Part shown: piece by piece, positions 54,995-64,000 of the stretch
Layout of the letters: the number at the start of each line of letters is the position of its first letter
Position numbering within the stretch: the stretch's first letter is position 1
Assembly: GCA_903889905.1 (NCBI GenBank)
Contig: CAISZI010000040.1
Coordinates: 128,148-192,147, forward strand
Source: Candidatus Wirthbacteria bacterium
GTDB taxonomy: Bacteria; Patescibacteriota; CG2-30-54-11
Length of the DNA: 64,000 nt
Direction of reading: 5' to 3'
Position numbers and translations under genes: made by a program
Notes under the pieces: model-generated
The model's input: only the letters and a program-made list of their open reading frames with translations
Told to the model about the DNA's origin: nothing
The model's database searches: none

Positions 54995-55411
54995 ATGTTT
55001 TTCTTGCTCAAACCCATTCTCGGTTTTATCAAAAAAGTAATCTTTTTCATTTTTATGATTTCCATCCTAGTGATTCTGTTTGGCAGCAAATGCGGGTTGA
55101 CCAAGTATTTGCAAAACTTTCAGGCGAGTTTGACGCCAGGAGTCACCACAACCAGCCCCACCGTTTCGGCCTCAGATCCCGTGATCAGCCAGCTGATTGG
55201 TGTGCTGAGCAGTGAGTACAATACAGCGGCGGACAAAATTACCGTCAAAAAAATTGAGCCGGTGATCTGGACCAACAGCTGCATGGATATTCAAAGTGGC
55301 AGCACGCGCTGCGATAATGTCATCACGCCCGGATTCAAGGTGGGCCTCGACATTGCCGGGACAGCAGTTGTCTACCACGTCAGTAAAGCTGGGAATTTCA
55401 TTAGAGAATAA
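54995..55411 (+). CDS. Small membrane-anchored hypothetical protein
   Basis: 138 aa with an N-terminal TM helix. Confidence 0.5.
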   Translation: MFFLLKPILGFIKKVIFFIFMISILVILFGSKCGLTKYLQNFQASLTPGVTTTSPTVSASDPVISQLIGVLSSEYNTAADKITVKKIEPVIWTNSCMDIQSGSTRCDNVITPGFKVGLDIAGTAVVYHVSKAGNFIRE

Positions 55412-55494
55412 AAAATCCCATCTTGATTAATTCAAAATGGGATTACGGTTTTCAATTTTTGGAAGAGAGGTCGTCTCCTACTTATTTGCCTATC

Positions 55495-55600
55495 TGTTGG
55501 CTTTTTTGATCATTTTATTGATCTTTTTTCTAATTTTTTGGGATTAGATTTTTTGTTTTTTGTAGTTTTTTGGACTACTTTTTTGTTTTTATTTTATTCC
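55495..55600. repeat. Helically phased T-tract array (T4-7 tracts every roughly 10-11 bp)
   Basis: T-runs begin near 55502, 55513, 55524, 55534, 55549, 55556, 55566, 55579 and 55587. This is a classic intrinsic-curvature pattern, lying within the 650-bp intergenic region upstream of dnaX. Confidence 0.55.
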
Positions 55601-56064
55601 TCTGGTTGCACAGATGGCAGGGTCAAAAGGTATGGGGATGCCCTTTGATCCTACCATCTGCGTCAGTTAGAGGTTTTGGTAAGTCGATTTTTTAGGTTGG
55701 CTTGCCAAACCAGTGATTGGCGCAGTCTGTAGGTAAGGGGGATTTAGACCTCTCTTCCATTGCTCCCTGATGCTACATTTACTTTTCAAGCTAAGGTTAA
55801 GTTGTTATACTTATTCAGCTTAAAAAAAAGTGGTTGATAGCGGGGAGAGTACTGCCAATGAGGGGTCCAGCCCCGGGAATGTAAAAATCTGATTTAGGTC
55901 AGATAATCCCGAACTTCCGCCTCACTAGCAGTAATCTCCCGGCTATCCAAATCATGCAGCGCAGGGAGGGGTTAAGCGATTTTGTGAAGGTGCGTTTGAA
56001 GTAAATCATGTTACTATAACAGTCTTTGATTTCTTTGTCAACAATATAAACCAAGAAGACCTTT

Positions 56065-57813
56065 ATGGCGCTATACCAAAAGTACAGACCGCAGAACTTT
56101 GCCGATGTGGTGGGGCAGGAACATGTTGTAAACACGCTCCAGAATTCGCTCAAACTGGGCAAAATCAGCCACGCGTACCTTTTTTCCGGTCCACGCGGCA
56201 CGGGCAAAACATCGCTGGCCAGGATTTTGGCCAAGGCGATCAACTGCACCAGCGTCGCCGGTGGATTCGCCTCCGAACCCTGCGGTGTATGTCTGGCCTG
56301 CAAAAGCATCCAGTCCGGCAGCGCATTGGATGTGATTGAAATCGACGCAGCCTCCAATACCAGCGTGGACAATATTCGCGATCTGAGGGAAAAGGCGAAT
56401 TTTCAGCCTTCGTTACTCAAATTCAAAGTGTATATCATTGACGAAGTGCATATGCTGAGCAAAAGCGCTTTTAATGCTCTGCTCAAAACGCTTGAGGAGC
56501 CGCCGCAGCACGTCATCTTTATCCTGGCCACCACGGAAGCTTATGACGTACCTGTGACTGTGCTTTCACGCTGCCAGCGATATGATTTTCGTTTACTGAC
56601 GTTGCCACAGATCAAAGCACAGCTTGTCAAAGTGACGCTCGCCGAACAGGTCAAAATCGATGAATTGTCGCTGGAATTGATTGCGCGACTTTCTAATGGT
56701 GCTCTACGCGACAGCTTGTCGATTGTGGAACAGGTGCTGGCAAGCGGTCAGGGCGAATATTCGTATGACGCGGTAGTAAAACTGCTCGGCATTCTTGGCC
56801 GCGAACAGGTCACGAAGCTGTGGACGGAGTTGATTGGTGGCAATACAGCCAAAGGGCTTGATCTGGTCAGCGTTTGGCATGAGAACGGCACGGATTTGCA
56901 TGCGATTGTCAGCGAAACGATTGAATATCTGCGCCAGCTGATGATCATCAAAGTCCGTGGCCAGGCAGCGACAGCCAGTTGGAGTCTGACCACGGGTGAG
57001 GCTGCCGAATTATTGGCACTCGCGGGCAAGGTGGAACTTGGTCAATTGTCATTGTGGATGGAAGAATTGCTGCGTGCCCAATACCAGATGCGGCGGCTGG
57101 ATCGCCCGATGATTGCCTTTGAACTTGCTTTGGTCAAACGATCCATACCCACCCAGTTGCCGGTCGCGGCCCTGGCCCAGCCAGCTGCTGTACCGGTCTA
57201 TACTCAATCTGAGCGCCATTCGACCTCGGTACGGGCCGAAGATCTGGAAACGTTTGCTTTTCCCCAAACTTCGATCAACGCCCATCCACCAAACCGCCCG
57301 GCGCGTAATCCACCCCCGCTGGTTCGTCCAGTCACCCGAGTGGCTGCACCCGAGCCGCCACGTTCCAATGAACCACTTCCTCCCTTGAATATTGCTGAGG
57401 TGCAGGGCAAATGGGCACAGGTGTTGCTTAATTGCAAACCCTTTAACCATTCGGTCGAAGCGGTACTGCGTGGCGGCAGTCCCAAAAGTGTGGACAGTCG
57501 TGGCTATCTGGTGCTGGAATTCAAATATTCGTTTCACAAAGAAAAAATAGAAGAAATCACCAATCGCACGATAGTTGAAAAAGCATTGGAAAAAACGTTG
57601 GGCAAAATTGTACGCATCCAGTGTGTGATGGTTGATGGTGCGGCTCATGCTGCCAGTAAAGCACGGAATATTGCCGAAGCGTTACAGCACCAAAATAATG
57701 ATGCACCGGAATCTGTGTCGATTAGTGCTCCATCCGCGCCACCCATTTCCACCAACAACGACATTGTCATGGACGCGCTCAGGATATTTCCTGGAGCCAG
57801 CCTCAAAAAGTAA
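56065..57813 (+). CDS. dnaX: DNA polymerase III subunit gamma/tau
   Basis: Walker A YLFSGPRGTGKTS, Zn module CGVCLACKS, DExx IIDEVHML and an SRC motif. Confidence 0.95.
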   Translation: MALYQKYRPQNFADVVGQEHVVNTLQNSLKLGKISHAYLFSGPRGTGKTSLARILAKAINCTSVAGGFASEPCGVCLACKSIQSGSALDVIEIDAASNTSVDNIRDLREKANFQPSLLKFKVYIIDEVHMLSKSAFNALLKTLEEPPQHVIFILATTEAYDVPVTVLSRCQRYDFRLLTLPQIKAQLVKVTLAEQVKIDELSLELIARLSNGALRDSLSIVEQVLASGQGEYSYDAVVKLLGILGREQVTKLWTELIGGNTAKGLDLVSVWHENGTDLHAIVSETIEYLRQLMIIKVRGQAATASWSLTTGEAAELLALAGKVELGQLSLWMEELLRAQYQMRRLDRPMIAFELALVKRSIPTQLPVAALAQPAAVPVYTQSERHSTSVRAEDLETFAFPQTSINAHPPNRPARNPPPLVRPVTRVAAPEPPRSNEPLPPLNIAEVQGKWAQVLLNCKPFNHSVEAVLRGGSPKSVDSRGYLVLEFKYSFHKEKIEEITNRTIVEKALEKTLGKIVRIQCVMVDGAAHAASKARNIAEALQHQNNDAPESVSISAPSAPPISTNNDIVMDALRIFPGASLKK

Positions 57814-57836
57814 ATCTATTACCAAAGGATAGTGCT

Positions 57837-58142
57837 ATGCTCGACCAGGCCAAATTGATCAAACAAGCATGGGACATGAAGCGCCAGATGGACAAAATCC
57901 AGAAAGAAGCGGGCAAAAAGGAAATTGTCATCAACCGCGGTTTTGTCACCATTACCATCACTGGCATGCAACAGGTCAGAGATGTGAAACTCGCGCTTAC
58001 TGCCGACGACCTCGGCAATCTCAAAAAAGTGGAACAAACGGTCAAAGATGCGATCAACCAGGCGATCAGCGATTCGCAGGAAATGATGAAAAAAGACCTG
58101 GCCGCAGTCACCGGAGGCATGAATATTCCGGGACTGACATGA
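57837..58142 (+). CDS. ybaB: Nucleoid-associated protein YbaB/EbfC
   Basis: 101 aa in the conserved position between dnaX and recR. MLDQAKLIKQAWDMKRQMDKIQKE. Confidence 0.85.
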   Translation: MLDQAKLIKQAWDMKRQMDKIQKEAGKKEIVINRGFVTITITGMQQVRDVKLALTADDLGNLKKVEQTVKDAINQAISDSQEMMKKDLAAVTGGMNIPGLT

Positions 58143-58750
58143 TTTCCCAGTATCGTCTGCCACCCAGCATCCAAAATCTGATCGATGAACTCAGCAAACT
58201 GCCGGGAATTGGCCCCAAAACGGCGGCGCGGTTGACGTTTCATTTATTGCGTGCCCCTGAAATCCGGTCTAATCAACTGGCCAGTGCGCTTACCGATATT
58301 AAACTCAAAACCCGGTTTTGTCGCATTTGCTTTAATATTACAGAAGAAGATCCGTGTCCGCTTTGCAGTGCAAACGGACGCGATCATGGTTCGATCTGCG
58401 TCGTCAGTGACCCGCTGGACATTGTGGCGTTAGAGCGAACCGGTGATTTCAAGGGCCTGTATCATGTGCTGCATGGCGAAATTTCACCGATTAACGGTGT
58501 CGGGCCAGAACACCTCAAAATTGAAGCTTTGCATGCCCGCGTCCAGGCCACGCCACCGCACGAGGTTATCCTCGCCACCAACCCAACCATGGAAGGGGAA
58601 ACCACAGCACTTTACCTCGCCAAATTGCTGCAACCCTGTGGTGCCCGGATTACCCGTATCGCGCGTGGATTACCCGTAGGTGGCGACCTCGAGTATGCCG
58701 ATGAAGTGACTTTGTCCAGCGCGCTTAGCAACCGACGTGATTTTTCCTAA
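58139..58750 (+). CDS. recR: Recombination protein RecR
   Basis: MISQYRLPPSIQNLIDELSKLPGIGPKTAARLTFHLL (HhH), C4 zinc finger CRICFNITEEDPCPLC, and a Toprim domain. ATGA overlap with ybaB. Confidence 0.9.
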   Translation: MISQYRLPPSIQNLIDELSKLPGIGPKTAARLTFHLLRAPEIRSNQLASALTDIKLKTRFCRICFNITEEDPCPLCSANGRDHGSICVVSDPLDIVALERTGDFKGLYHVLHGEISPINGVGPEHLKIEALHARVQATPPHEVILATNPTMEGETTALYLAKLLQPCGARITRIARGLPVGGDLEYADEVTLSSALSNRRDFS

Positions 58751-58761
58751 GTTTTGGAGGA

Positions 58762-60222
58762 ATGATTATGGCTCTTTCCTTGGTCAATACGCTCACCAGG
58801 CGTAAAGAATTATTTAAGCCCCTGCGCAGTTCACAGGTTACGGTTTATAACTGTGGGCCAACTGTTTATGATTTTCCCACGGTGGGAAACTGGCGTGCTT
58901 TTGTCTTTGACGATATCCTCAAACGAACCTTGCAATATTCCGGATACCAGGTGAAGCAGGTCATGAATTTGACGGATGTCGGGCACATGACCATGACCGA
59001 AGAACAGAAACTGCAGACGGGACCATCCGATATCACCGACAATGAGCTGGGAGAAGATCGTCTGGAAAAAACGGCTCGCAAAACGGGTAAAACCGTTTGG
59101 GAAGTGGCGCAGTTCTATATTGATGATTTTGTCGCAGGATTGGTTGTCCTCAATTGTGAGCTGCCTGACGTGATGCCGCGCGCCACGGATCATATCGCAC
59201 AGCAAATTGCCATGATCCAGCAACTGGAAACCAAAGGTTATACCTACATCACCAAACAGGCAGTCTATTTTGATACCGCCAAATTCGCCAGGTATGGCGA
59301 GCTTTCGGGGCAAAAACTGGAAGACAAACTGGTTGGAGCGCGCGAAGATGTCCATGTTGATCCGGACAAGCATCATCCCGCGGATTTTCGCTTGTGGCAG
59401 ATCAATCAACCCAATCACGCCATGGAATGGGAGTCCCCCTGGGGCAAGGGTTTTCCTGGCTGGCACATCGAGTGTTCGGCCATGAGTACGGCGTACCTTG
59501 GCGCACCATTTGATATTCATACCGGTGGTGTTGATCACATCGCCGTTCACCATGAAAATGAAATTGCACAAACCGAAGCCGCTTTGGGTGTGCCTATGTG
59601 TCGTGTCTGGTTGCATAATGAATTTCTGCAAATTGATGGCGGACGCATGGGCAAAAGCCTTGGCAATGCGTATACACTCCAGGATATTATCCAAAAAGGT
59701 TTTAATCCACTTGCCTTGCGTTATTTTTATCTCAATGCCCATTACCGTTCCAAACAGAATTTCACCTGGGAAGCCCTCGGTGGTGCGGCGGTTGCGTTTA
59801 AAAAATTACGTAAAATTACTGCTGAATTGATGGCCTCAACCATGCCGGCGACTGTTTTGCCAGTTTACGCTGACCGTTTTGTCACTGCTATTGAGGATGA
59901 TCTCAATCTCCCGCAGGCGCTTTCGGTCGTCTGGGATTTGAGCAAAGATGGGCAAGTAGATGCTGGAGCCAAATTGGCGACATTGCTCGATTTTGATCGG
60001 GTGTTGGGTTTGCAACTGGACAAAGGCGAAATCCCAGATGCTCAAGTTACGTCTTCAACCGGTGAGCAAACAGCCATCGAAGCACTGGTGCAAGAACGTG
60101 TGGAAGCCCGCCGCAACAAGGATTTCAGACGATCGGACGAGCTCCGCGATCAACTATTCAAGGAATTTGGCGTTGTCGTCGAAGATACCGCTACCGGCCC
60201 CAAATGGGTCCGCAAATCCTGA
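58762..60222 (+). CDS. cysS: Cysteinyl-tRNA synthetase (HIGH motif diverged to TVGN)
   Basis: [17 protein letters not shown] (E. coli has CGITVYDLCHIGHGRTF). WHIECSAM Zn site. KMSKS as [12 protein letters not shown]-type anticodon domain. Confidence 0.85.
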   Translation: MIMALSLVNTLTRRKELFKPLRSSQVTVYNCGPTVYDFPTVGNWRAFVFDDILKRTLQYSGYQVKQVMNLTDVGHMTMTEEQKLQTGPSDITDNELGEDRLEKTARKTGKTVWEVAQFYIDDFVAGLVVLNCELPDVMPRATDHIAQQIAMIQQLETKGYTYITKQAVYFDTAKFARYGELSGQKLEDKLVGAREDVHVDPDKHHPADFRLWQINQPNHAMEWESPWGKGFPGWHIECSAMSTAYLGAPFDIHTGGVDHIAVHHENEIAQTEAALGVPMCRVWLHNEFLQIDGGRMGKSLGNAYTLQDIIQKGFNPLALRYFYLNAHYRSKQNFTWEALGGAAVAFKKLRKITAELMASTMPATVLPVYADRFVTAIEDDLNLPQALSVVWDLSKDGQVDAGAKLATLLDFDRVLGLQLDKGEIPDAQVTSSTGEQTAIEALVQERVEARRNKDFRRSDELRDQLFKEFGVVVEDTATGPKWVRKS

Positions 60223-60245
60223 AGCATATTGGCCTGACCTTGTCA

Positions 60246-60274
60246 TTGCAACGATTTGGCATTAATGCTATTAT
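60246..60274 (+). promoter_or_regulatory. Sigma-70 promoter, TTGCAA-17 bp-TATTAT, for the bS22 gene
   Basis: -35 at 60246-60251, 17-bp spacer, -10 at 60269-60274. Confidence 0.5.
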
Positions 60275-60310
60275 CTACGTGCTTTAGAACATTTTGGAGG
60301 AATCAAAACT

Positions 60311-60409
60311 GTGGGTAGCGTGAAAAAATGGAGAAGAAAAAAAATGCGTAAGCATAAACTCAAGAAACTTTACAAAGCCACTCGCACGCAGCGTAAGCAA
60401 AAGGGTTAG
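60311..60409 (+). CDS. Ribosomal protein bS22 (eL41-like, 32 aa), GTG start
   Basis: Translates to VGSVKKWRRKKMRKHKLKKLYKATRTQRKQKG. This closely matches mycobacterial bS22 ([31 protein letters not shown]). GGAGG RBS at 60295-60299. The terminator follows. It is absent from the ORF track because it is under 60 aa. Confidence 0.75.
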   Translation: MGSVKKWRRKKMRKHKLKKLYKATRTQRKQKG

Positions 60410-60431
60410 TAAACTAAATACGATAATTGGG

Positions 60432-60466
60432 AAAATAGCCGCAGGCCGATGCTGTGCGGCTATTTT
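60432..60466 (+). terminator. Rho-independent terminator after the bS22 gene
   Basis: Perfect 12-bp stem AAAATAGCCGCA / TGCGGCTATTTT with an 11-nt loop. Confidence 0.7.
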
Positions 60467-60474
60467 AAGTCACT

Positions 60475-61212
60475 ATGATCAAAACAATTCGGCTCAATAA
60501 ATTTATAGCAAATTCCGGTTTTGCCTCACGCCGTCAGGCCGATGTGCTGATTGCGGCTGGCAAAGTCACCGTGAATGGCATTTTGGTCACAGAAATGGGG
60601 ACGCAGGTCAACGCGAGCAAAGACAAGATTGTGGTCAGTGGAACTGAGCTGTCCAACATCAAACCCGAACCCCGTTTTGTCATTTTCAACAAACCTGCCG
60701 GCATCCTTTCTTCACGTGTAAGCCAGGGCGGCGTGGAAACGGTTTATGACTATCTGGCCAAAAAGCAGGCGGGAGTCGAAGACCTGGACATTTGCGGCCG
60801 GCTGGACAAGGATAGCTGCGGGCTGATGCTGCTCACCAATGATGGCGAACTTTTGCATGATCTGACACATCCGTCGATCGGCATTGTCAAAACCTATGAA
60901 GTGCATATCAAAGGTGCGCTGACTTTTGCCCAGATCAAACAGATGAAAGAAGGCGTCGTTGAAGGCGAAGAATTGCTCGCTTGTGCCTGGATTAAAGCCA
61001 AGCGCATCAGCGGCAGTGAGTCGGTTGTTTCCTGCGGTCTGAGGGAAGGCAAAAAACGCCATTTACGACGCATGTTTAAAATGATGCGCCGCTTTGTCAT
61101 TGCCCTCAAACGCACCCAGATCGGCTATTTGCAGCTGGGGGATCTGCCCGATGGCGATTTTCGCACTTTGAACAAAAATGAAGTACAATCCCTCCGCCTG
61201 GTCGTGAGATAA
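60475..61212 (+). CDS. rluB: S4-domain pseudouridine synthase, RsuA/RluB family
   Basis: N-terminal S4 (IRLNKFIANSGFASRRQADVLIAAGKVTVNG). Catalytic Asp motif ICGRLDKDSCGLMLLTNDG. Confidence 0.85.
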   Translation: MIKTIRLNKFIANSGFASRRQADVLIAAGKVTVNGILVTEMGTQVNASKDKIVVSGTELSNIKPEPRFVIFNKPAGILSSRVSQGGVETVYDYLAKKQAGVEDLDICGRLDKDSCGLMLLTNDGELLHDLTHPSIGIVKTYEVHIKGALTFAQIKQMKEGVVEGEELLACAWIKAKRISGSESVVSCGLREGKKRHLRRMFKMMRRFVIALKRTQIGYLQLGDLPDGDFRTLNKNEVQSLRLVVR

Positions 61213-61233
61213 TTCGAGTTTAAACGGTACACT

Positions 61234-61800
61234 ATGATCAACGGTTGTTTTCTCGCCATTCCGCTCCCACCCAAACAGGTCAAGGAATTTTCCAAACTCC
61301 AGGACAGCCTGAAAACGTTAAAACCTTCGGTTAAATTCCAGAAGGCTGACGCACCCCATGTGACGCTGATGTATTTTGGTAATTTCCGTGATGAAAAACT
61401 GCCCAAAATCTGGGAAAAAGTAAAGATTTTCGCCTCAACCTGTGCTCCATTTGAACTGACCATCGGCGGCATTCGCTATTTTGGCACAGAACGATACCCA
61501 CGTGTGGCATGGCTGGATATGGCATCCAGGCCCGAACTTGAACAACTGGGTATTTTTGTCCATGATGAATTGCGGTTTTATCAGGAAAAAGCCGAACACA
61601 AGCCTTTTACGCCACATCTTACCCTGGCACGCATTGGCGCCCGCAAATCATTTCTGGCGGAAAAGTCAGAATTTGACCGCATTGCCGACAATTTTAAAAC
61701 GGTTTGCCGCGTGGACCGGCTGGCAATCTATGCTGCCGATGCCGCAACGGGTGAACGTCAGGTCAAATTGCAGGAAGTTGCATTCGGAGAACATCTTTAA
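61234..61800 (+). CDS. thpR: RNA 2',3'-cyclic phosphodiesterase / 2'-5' RNA ligase (LigT/ThpR, 2H family)
   Basis: Two HxT/S motifs: HVTLMYFG and HLTLARIG. Confidence 0.8.
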   Translation: MINGCFLAIPLPPKQVKEFSKLQDSLKTLKPSVKFQKADAPHVTLMYFGNFRDEKLPKIWEKVKIFASTCAPFELTIGGIRYFGTERYPRVAWLDMASRPELEQLGIFVHDELRFYQEKAEHKPFTPHLTLARIGARKSFLAEKSEFDRIADNFKTVCRVDRLAIYAADAATGERQVKLQEVAFGEHL

Positions 61801-61852
61801 AGCTGCCTGGCAGTTTGTTATACTGCCTCAAGACCCATTATAGGAATAAAAC

Positions 61853-62665
61853 ATGCCAACCAACTGGAAAACGCTGCTGATTGTTCTCGCGGCGACGTGC
61901 ACTGTGGTTTTCGTAGGCGGAATTGGCATTTTCTGGGCTGCCAACCATCCTGCTCCCGCTAAGTCCACGCCACCAGCGTCAACCGCCGACAGCCACATTG
62001 ACATGACACCTTACCAAAAAGCTACCGCGCGCATCAGCACCACCAAAGGTGATATTGTCATCGCGCTGTACCCAGCGAGTGCACCGAATACAGTAGAAAA
62101 TTTCGTCCGGTTAACGACGAATAAATTTTATGACGGCCTCAAATTTCACCGCGTTGTCGATAAATTTGTGATCCAGGGGGGCGATCCCAAAGGGGATGGC
62201 ACAGGCGGTAACAGTATCTGGAACAAACCATTTGCAGATGAAATCAACGCGGTATCGCTTGGCTTGGACAAGCAACTTGTCAAAGACAACGCTACCTGGC
62301 TCAAACAGATGAATCCCAATGTCTACACCGATGCCGTCATGACTCAATATGCCAATCAGTCGCTGATGGCTTTGTATGAAAACGTGGACAAATATGCTTA
62401 TCTTACGACTGTACAGTCGCGCAAACTCACCGTCGGTTCCGTCGCCATGGCCAACAGCGGCCCGAATACAAACACCAGCCAGTTCTTTATTGTGACCACC
62501 TCGGACCAGCCCAGTCTGGACGGCAAATATACTGTATTTGGTCAAGTAACCAGTGGCATGGATGTGATCCAAAAAATTATCGTTAATGATGTCATGAACA
62601 CGGTCAAAATTGAAAATGTTGCGACCACGCCGGCCTCTAATACCATCGTCGTTCCAACCCAATAA
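61853..62665 (+). CDS. Membrane-anchored cyclophilin-type peptidyl-prolyl cis-trans isomerase
   Basis: N-terminal TM. FHRVVDKFVIQGGDPKGDGTGG ... MANSGPNTNTSQFFI. Confidence 0.85.
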   Translation: MPTNWKTLLIVLAATCTVVFVGGIGIFWAANHPAPAKSTPPASTADSHIDMTPYQKATARISTTKGDIVIALYPASAPNTVENFVRLTTNKFYDGLKFHRVVDKFVIQGGDPKGDGTGGNSIWNKPFADEINAVSLGLDKQLVKDNATWLKQMNPNVYTDAVMTQYANQSLMALYENVDKYAYLTTVQSRKLTVGSVAMANSGPNTNTSQFFIVTTSDQPSLDGKYTVFGQVTSGMDVIQKIIVNDVMNTVKIENVATTPASNTIVVPTQ

Positions 62666-63246
62666 TGCACAACCGCATGGACAATAACGCCAAACCGCAA
62701 CGTGAAGTTGATAGCGCGCATGCCCCCAACCAGCGCGCCATCATGGTCGTCGACACCAAACAAAAACTGCCTTCGATCAAACTCAAAAAAGACAACGAAG
62801 GCTATTTGGTTACCTCCGAAAGTTTCGGCATTGAAGCGGTGATCGAAGGCCGCGTCGGCATGTTCAGCCCGATTTTGCCCCAGGGCTCACGCGTGCCGCT
62901 TAGTTTTACCAAACGTTATTTTCCCATTGAAGACTTTCAGAAAATGATCAAGGTCGTGTGTTTCAAGGGCGAGCATCCGGTCGCCGCGCACAACACCAAG
63001 TTGGGTGAATTTGTTGTCTCCGGACTGCTGGTACGATCCAAGCTGGATAGCCGTGGTATTGAAATTACCTTTACCATCAATCGGGTGGGAGTCATCCTGG
63101 TGGACGCGCTTGAAGTTGAGAATCCGGATAACCACCTCAAGATCAAACTCGACTATGTGGACAAAAAAACTGGCCTGGTACGCGATGTGGCCAAAGGTGT
63201 GGTCAAAGAAGTCCTGGGGATATTTTTGCCGAGTGGTAAGAGCTAA
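62665..63246 (+). CDS. Hypothetical protein
   Basis: 193-aa ORF with TAATG overlap onto the upstream gene. No recognisable motif. Confidence 0.45.
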   Translation: MHNRMDNNAKPQREVDSAHAPNQRAIMVVDTKQKLPSIKLKKDNEGYLVTSESFGIEAVIEGRVGMFSPILPQGSRVPLSFTKRYFPIEDFQKMIKVVCFKGEHPVAAHNTKLGEFVVSGLLVRSKLDSRGIEITFTINRVGVILVDALEVENPDNHLKIKLDYVDKKTGLVRDVAKGVVKEVLGIFLPSGKS

Positions 63247-63269
63247 CTGACCAATGCGGGTAAACCAAA

Positions 63270-63809
63270 ATGAAGACAACCGACGATCAGCAGGAATTGT
63301 TCGTGGTGGTGGATGAGCAGGACAACATTCTTGCCTATAAAACGAGGGCAGAATGCCACGCCAGTCGTGAGCATTTGCACCGTTCCATTGGTGTGATTAT
63401 TCAAAACAGCCAAGGCGATATGCTTTTGCAGCAACGCAGTTCGACCAAAGATTTATTTCCAAATTACTGGGCCGTGGCCTGCGGTGGTCACGTTTCGCCC
63501 AATGAAGACTATATTGTTGCTGCACAACGGGAATTACAGGAAGAGCTTGGTATTAATCATCTTGCTTTGCACTTTGTCGCTAAACGCATTATGGATTTTG
63601 GCAATGAAAGAGAAATGGATACTTTTTTTAGGGCGATTGATAACGGTCCATTTTCTTTTAATACAACCGAAGTGCAGAACGTGAAGTTTTTTCGTCGGGA
63701 TGAACTCATGCGGCTGCATGACCAAAAAGCCTTGAACATAACGCCAGAGTGCGCCTTTGTGCTACAACTCTGGCGCGAAGGTAGCTTTGCGGACAAAGGC
63801 GGAGAATGA
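63270..63809 (+). CDS. NUDIX hydrolase
   Basis: Nudix box GGHVSPNEDYIVAAQRELQEELGI (Gx5Ex7REUxEExGU). Confidence 0.8.
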   Translation: MKTTDDQQELFVVVDEQDNILAYKTRAECHASREHLHRSIGVIIQNSQGDMLLQQRSSTKDLFPNYWAVACGGHVSPNEDYIVAAQRELQEELGINHLALHFVAKRIMDFGNEREMDTFFRAIDNGPFSFNTTEVQNVKFFRRDELMRLHDQKALNITPECAFVLQLWREGSFADKGGE

Positions 63810-64000
63810 TCTACGACCTGGACCTCAAAAAACTAAATCGTATTCATTTCATGGGCATCAAGGGCGTGGGTATGACCTCGCTCGCGGTGATAGCCAAACA
63901 AATGGGCAAAAAAGTCTCAGGTAGTGACAGCGAGGCGAAGTTCATCACCGACGATATTCTCCGGCGTTATCGCATCAAAGCTATGCCCAACTTCGATCCC
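63806..64000 (+). CDS. murC: UDP-N-acetylmuramate--L-alanine ligase (MurC), N-terminal fragment (runs off the right edge)
   Basis: HFMGIKGVGMTSLAVIAKQMGKKVSGSD matches the MurC N-terminal nucleotide-binding motif. ATGA overlap with the NUDIX gene. Confidence 0.65.
   Translation, partial: MIYDLDLKKLNRIHFMGIKGVGMTSLAVIAKQMGKKVSGSDSEAKFITDDILRRYRIKAMPNFDP

Noticed and set aside
55860-55990. Confident SRP RNA call upstream of dnaX
   Set aside because: Only fragmentary similarity (AGGTCAG ... AGCAG) to domain IV. The expected GNRA-capped helix 8 and the terminal 5'/3' pairing could not be folded by hand. It is kept only as a synteny-based hypothesis.
58831-59742. 303-aa minus-strand ORF antisense to cysS
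   Set aside because: cysS is unambiguous on the plus strand.

Overview
This is a 64-kb bacterial chromosomal segment at about 50% GC. Perfect sigma-70 promoters, AAGGAG-type ribosome-binding sites and several 4-bp ATGA gene overlaps suggest a compact genome, possibly Patescibacteria/CPR-like, though that is inference only.

Conserved housekeeping content: lgt (partial, minus strand), ileS (type 2), lepA, folC, parB, an archaeal-type PEP carboxylase, aspS, scpA, tRNA-Glu(UUC), dnaX-ybaB-recR, cysS, ribosomal protein bS22, an RluB/RsuA-type pseudouridine synthase, thpR, a cyclophilin, a NUDIX hydrolase and the start of murC. There is also a cell-surface polysaccharide cluster: epimerase, RmlD-like reductase, two GT2 genes, a Wzy/O-antigen-ligase-like gene and a GT-C membrane protein.

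The region worth a second look lies at 28.1-46.0 kb.
- An ECF sigma factor sits immediately upstream of a 1,945-aa membrane-anchored protein. That protein has an anti-sigma-like N-terminus and alpha-2-macroglobulin (A2M) type MG/bait/TED-like architecture. It carries a 139-aa Hint/BIL (intein-like, non-splicing) domain and shows no CGEQ thioester motif.
- About 1.5 kb away, convergently, is a 3,120-aa protein with an N-terminal region of roughly 2,100 aa of unknown function. Its C-terminus is a class-A PBP: GT51 transglycosylase, a roughly 500-aa insert, then an SxxK/SxN/KTS transpeptidase.
- An A2M-like gene next to a class-A PBP recalls the bacterial A2M-PBP1C pairing, here in a heavily elaborated form.

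Other notable items:
- an AspRS that lacks the GAD insertion and is fused to a C-terminal YbaK/ProX-like deacylase domain;
- a 1,696-aa hyper-acidic repetitive protein with a C-terminal Cys cluster;
- an FG-GAP/DUF4214 surface protein built from roughly 120-bp DNA tandem repeats;
- two tandem small paralogs of unknown function;
- an AT-rich islet carrying two small acidic paralogous ORFs;
- a 33-codon bS22 gene with a GTG start that the ORF track missed;
- a tRNA-Glu;
- a structured GC-rich leader upstream of the PEP carboxylase;
- a 650-bp intergenic region with helically phased T-tracts upstream of dnaX, which by synteny is where an SRP RNA might be expected.

No CRISPR array, transposase or integrase was seen.
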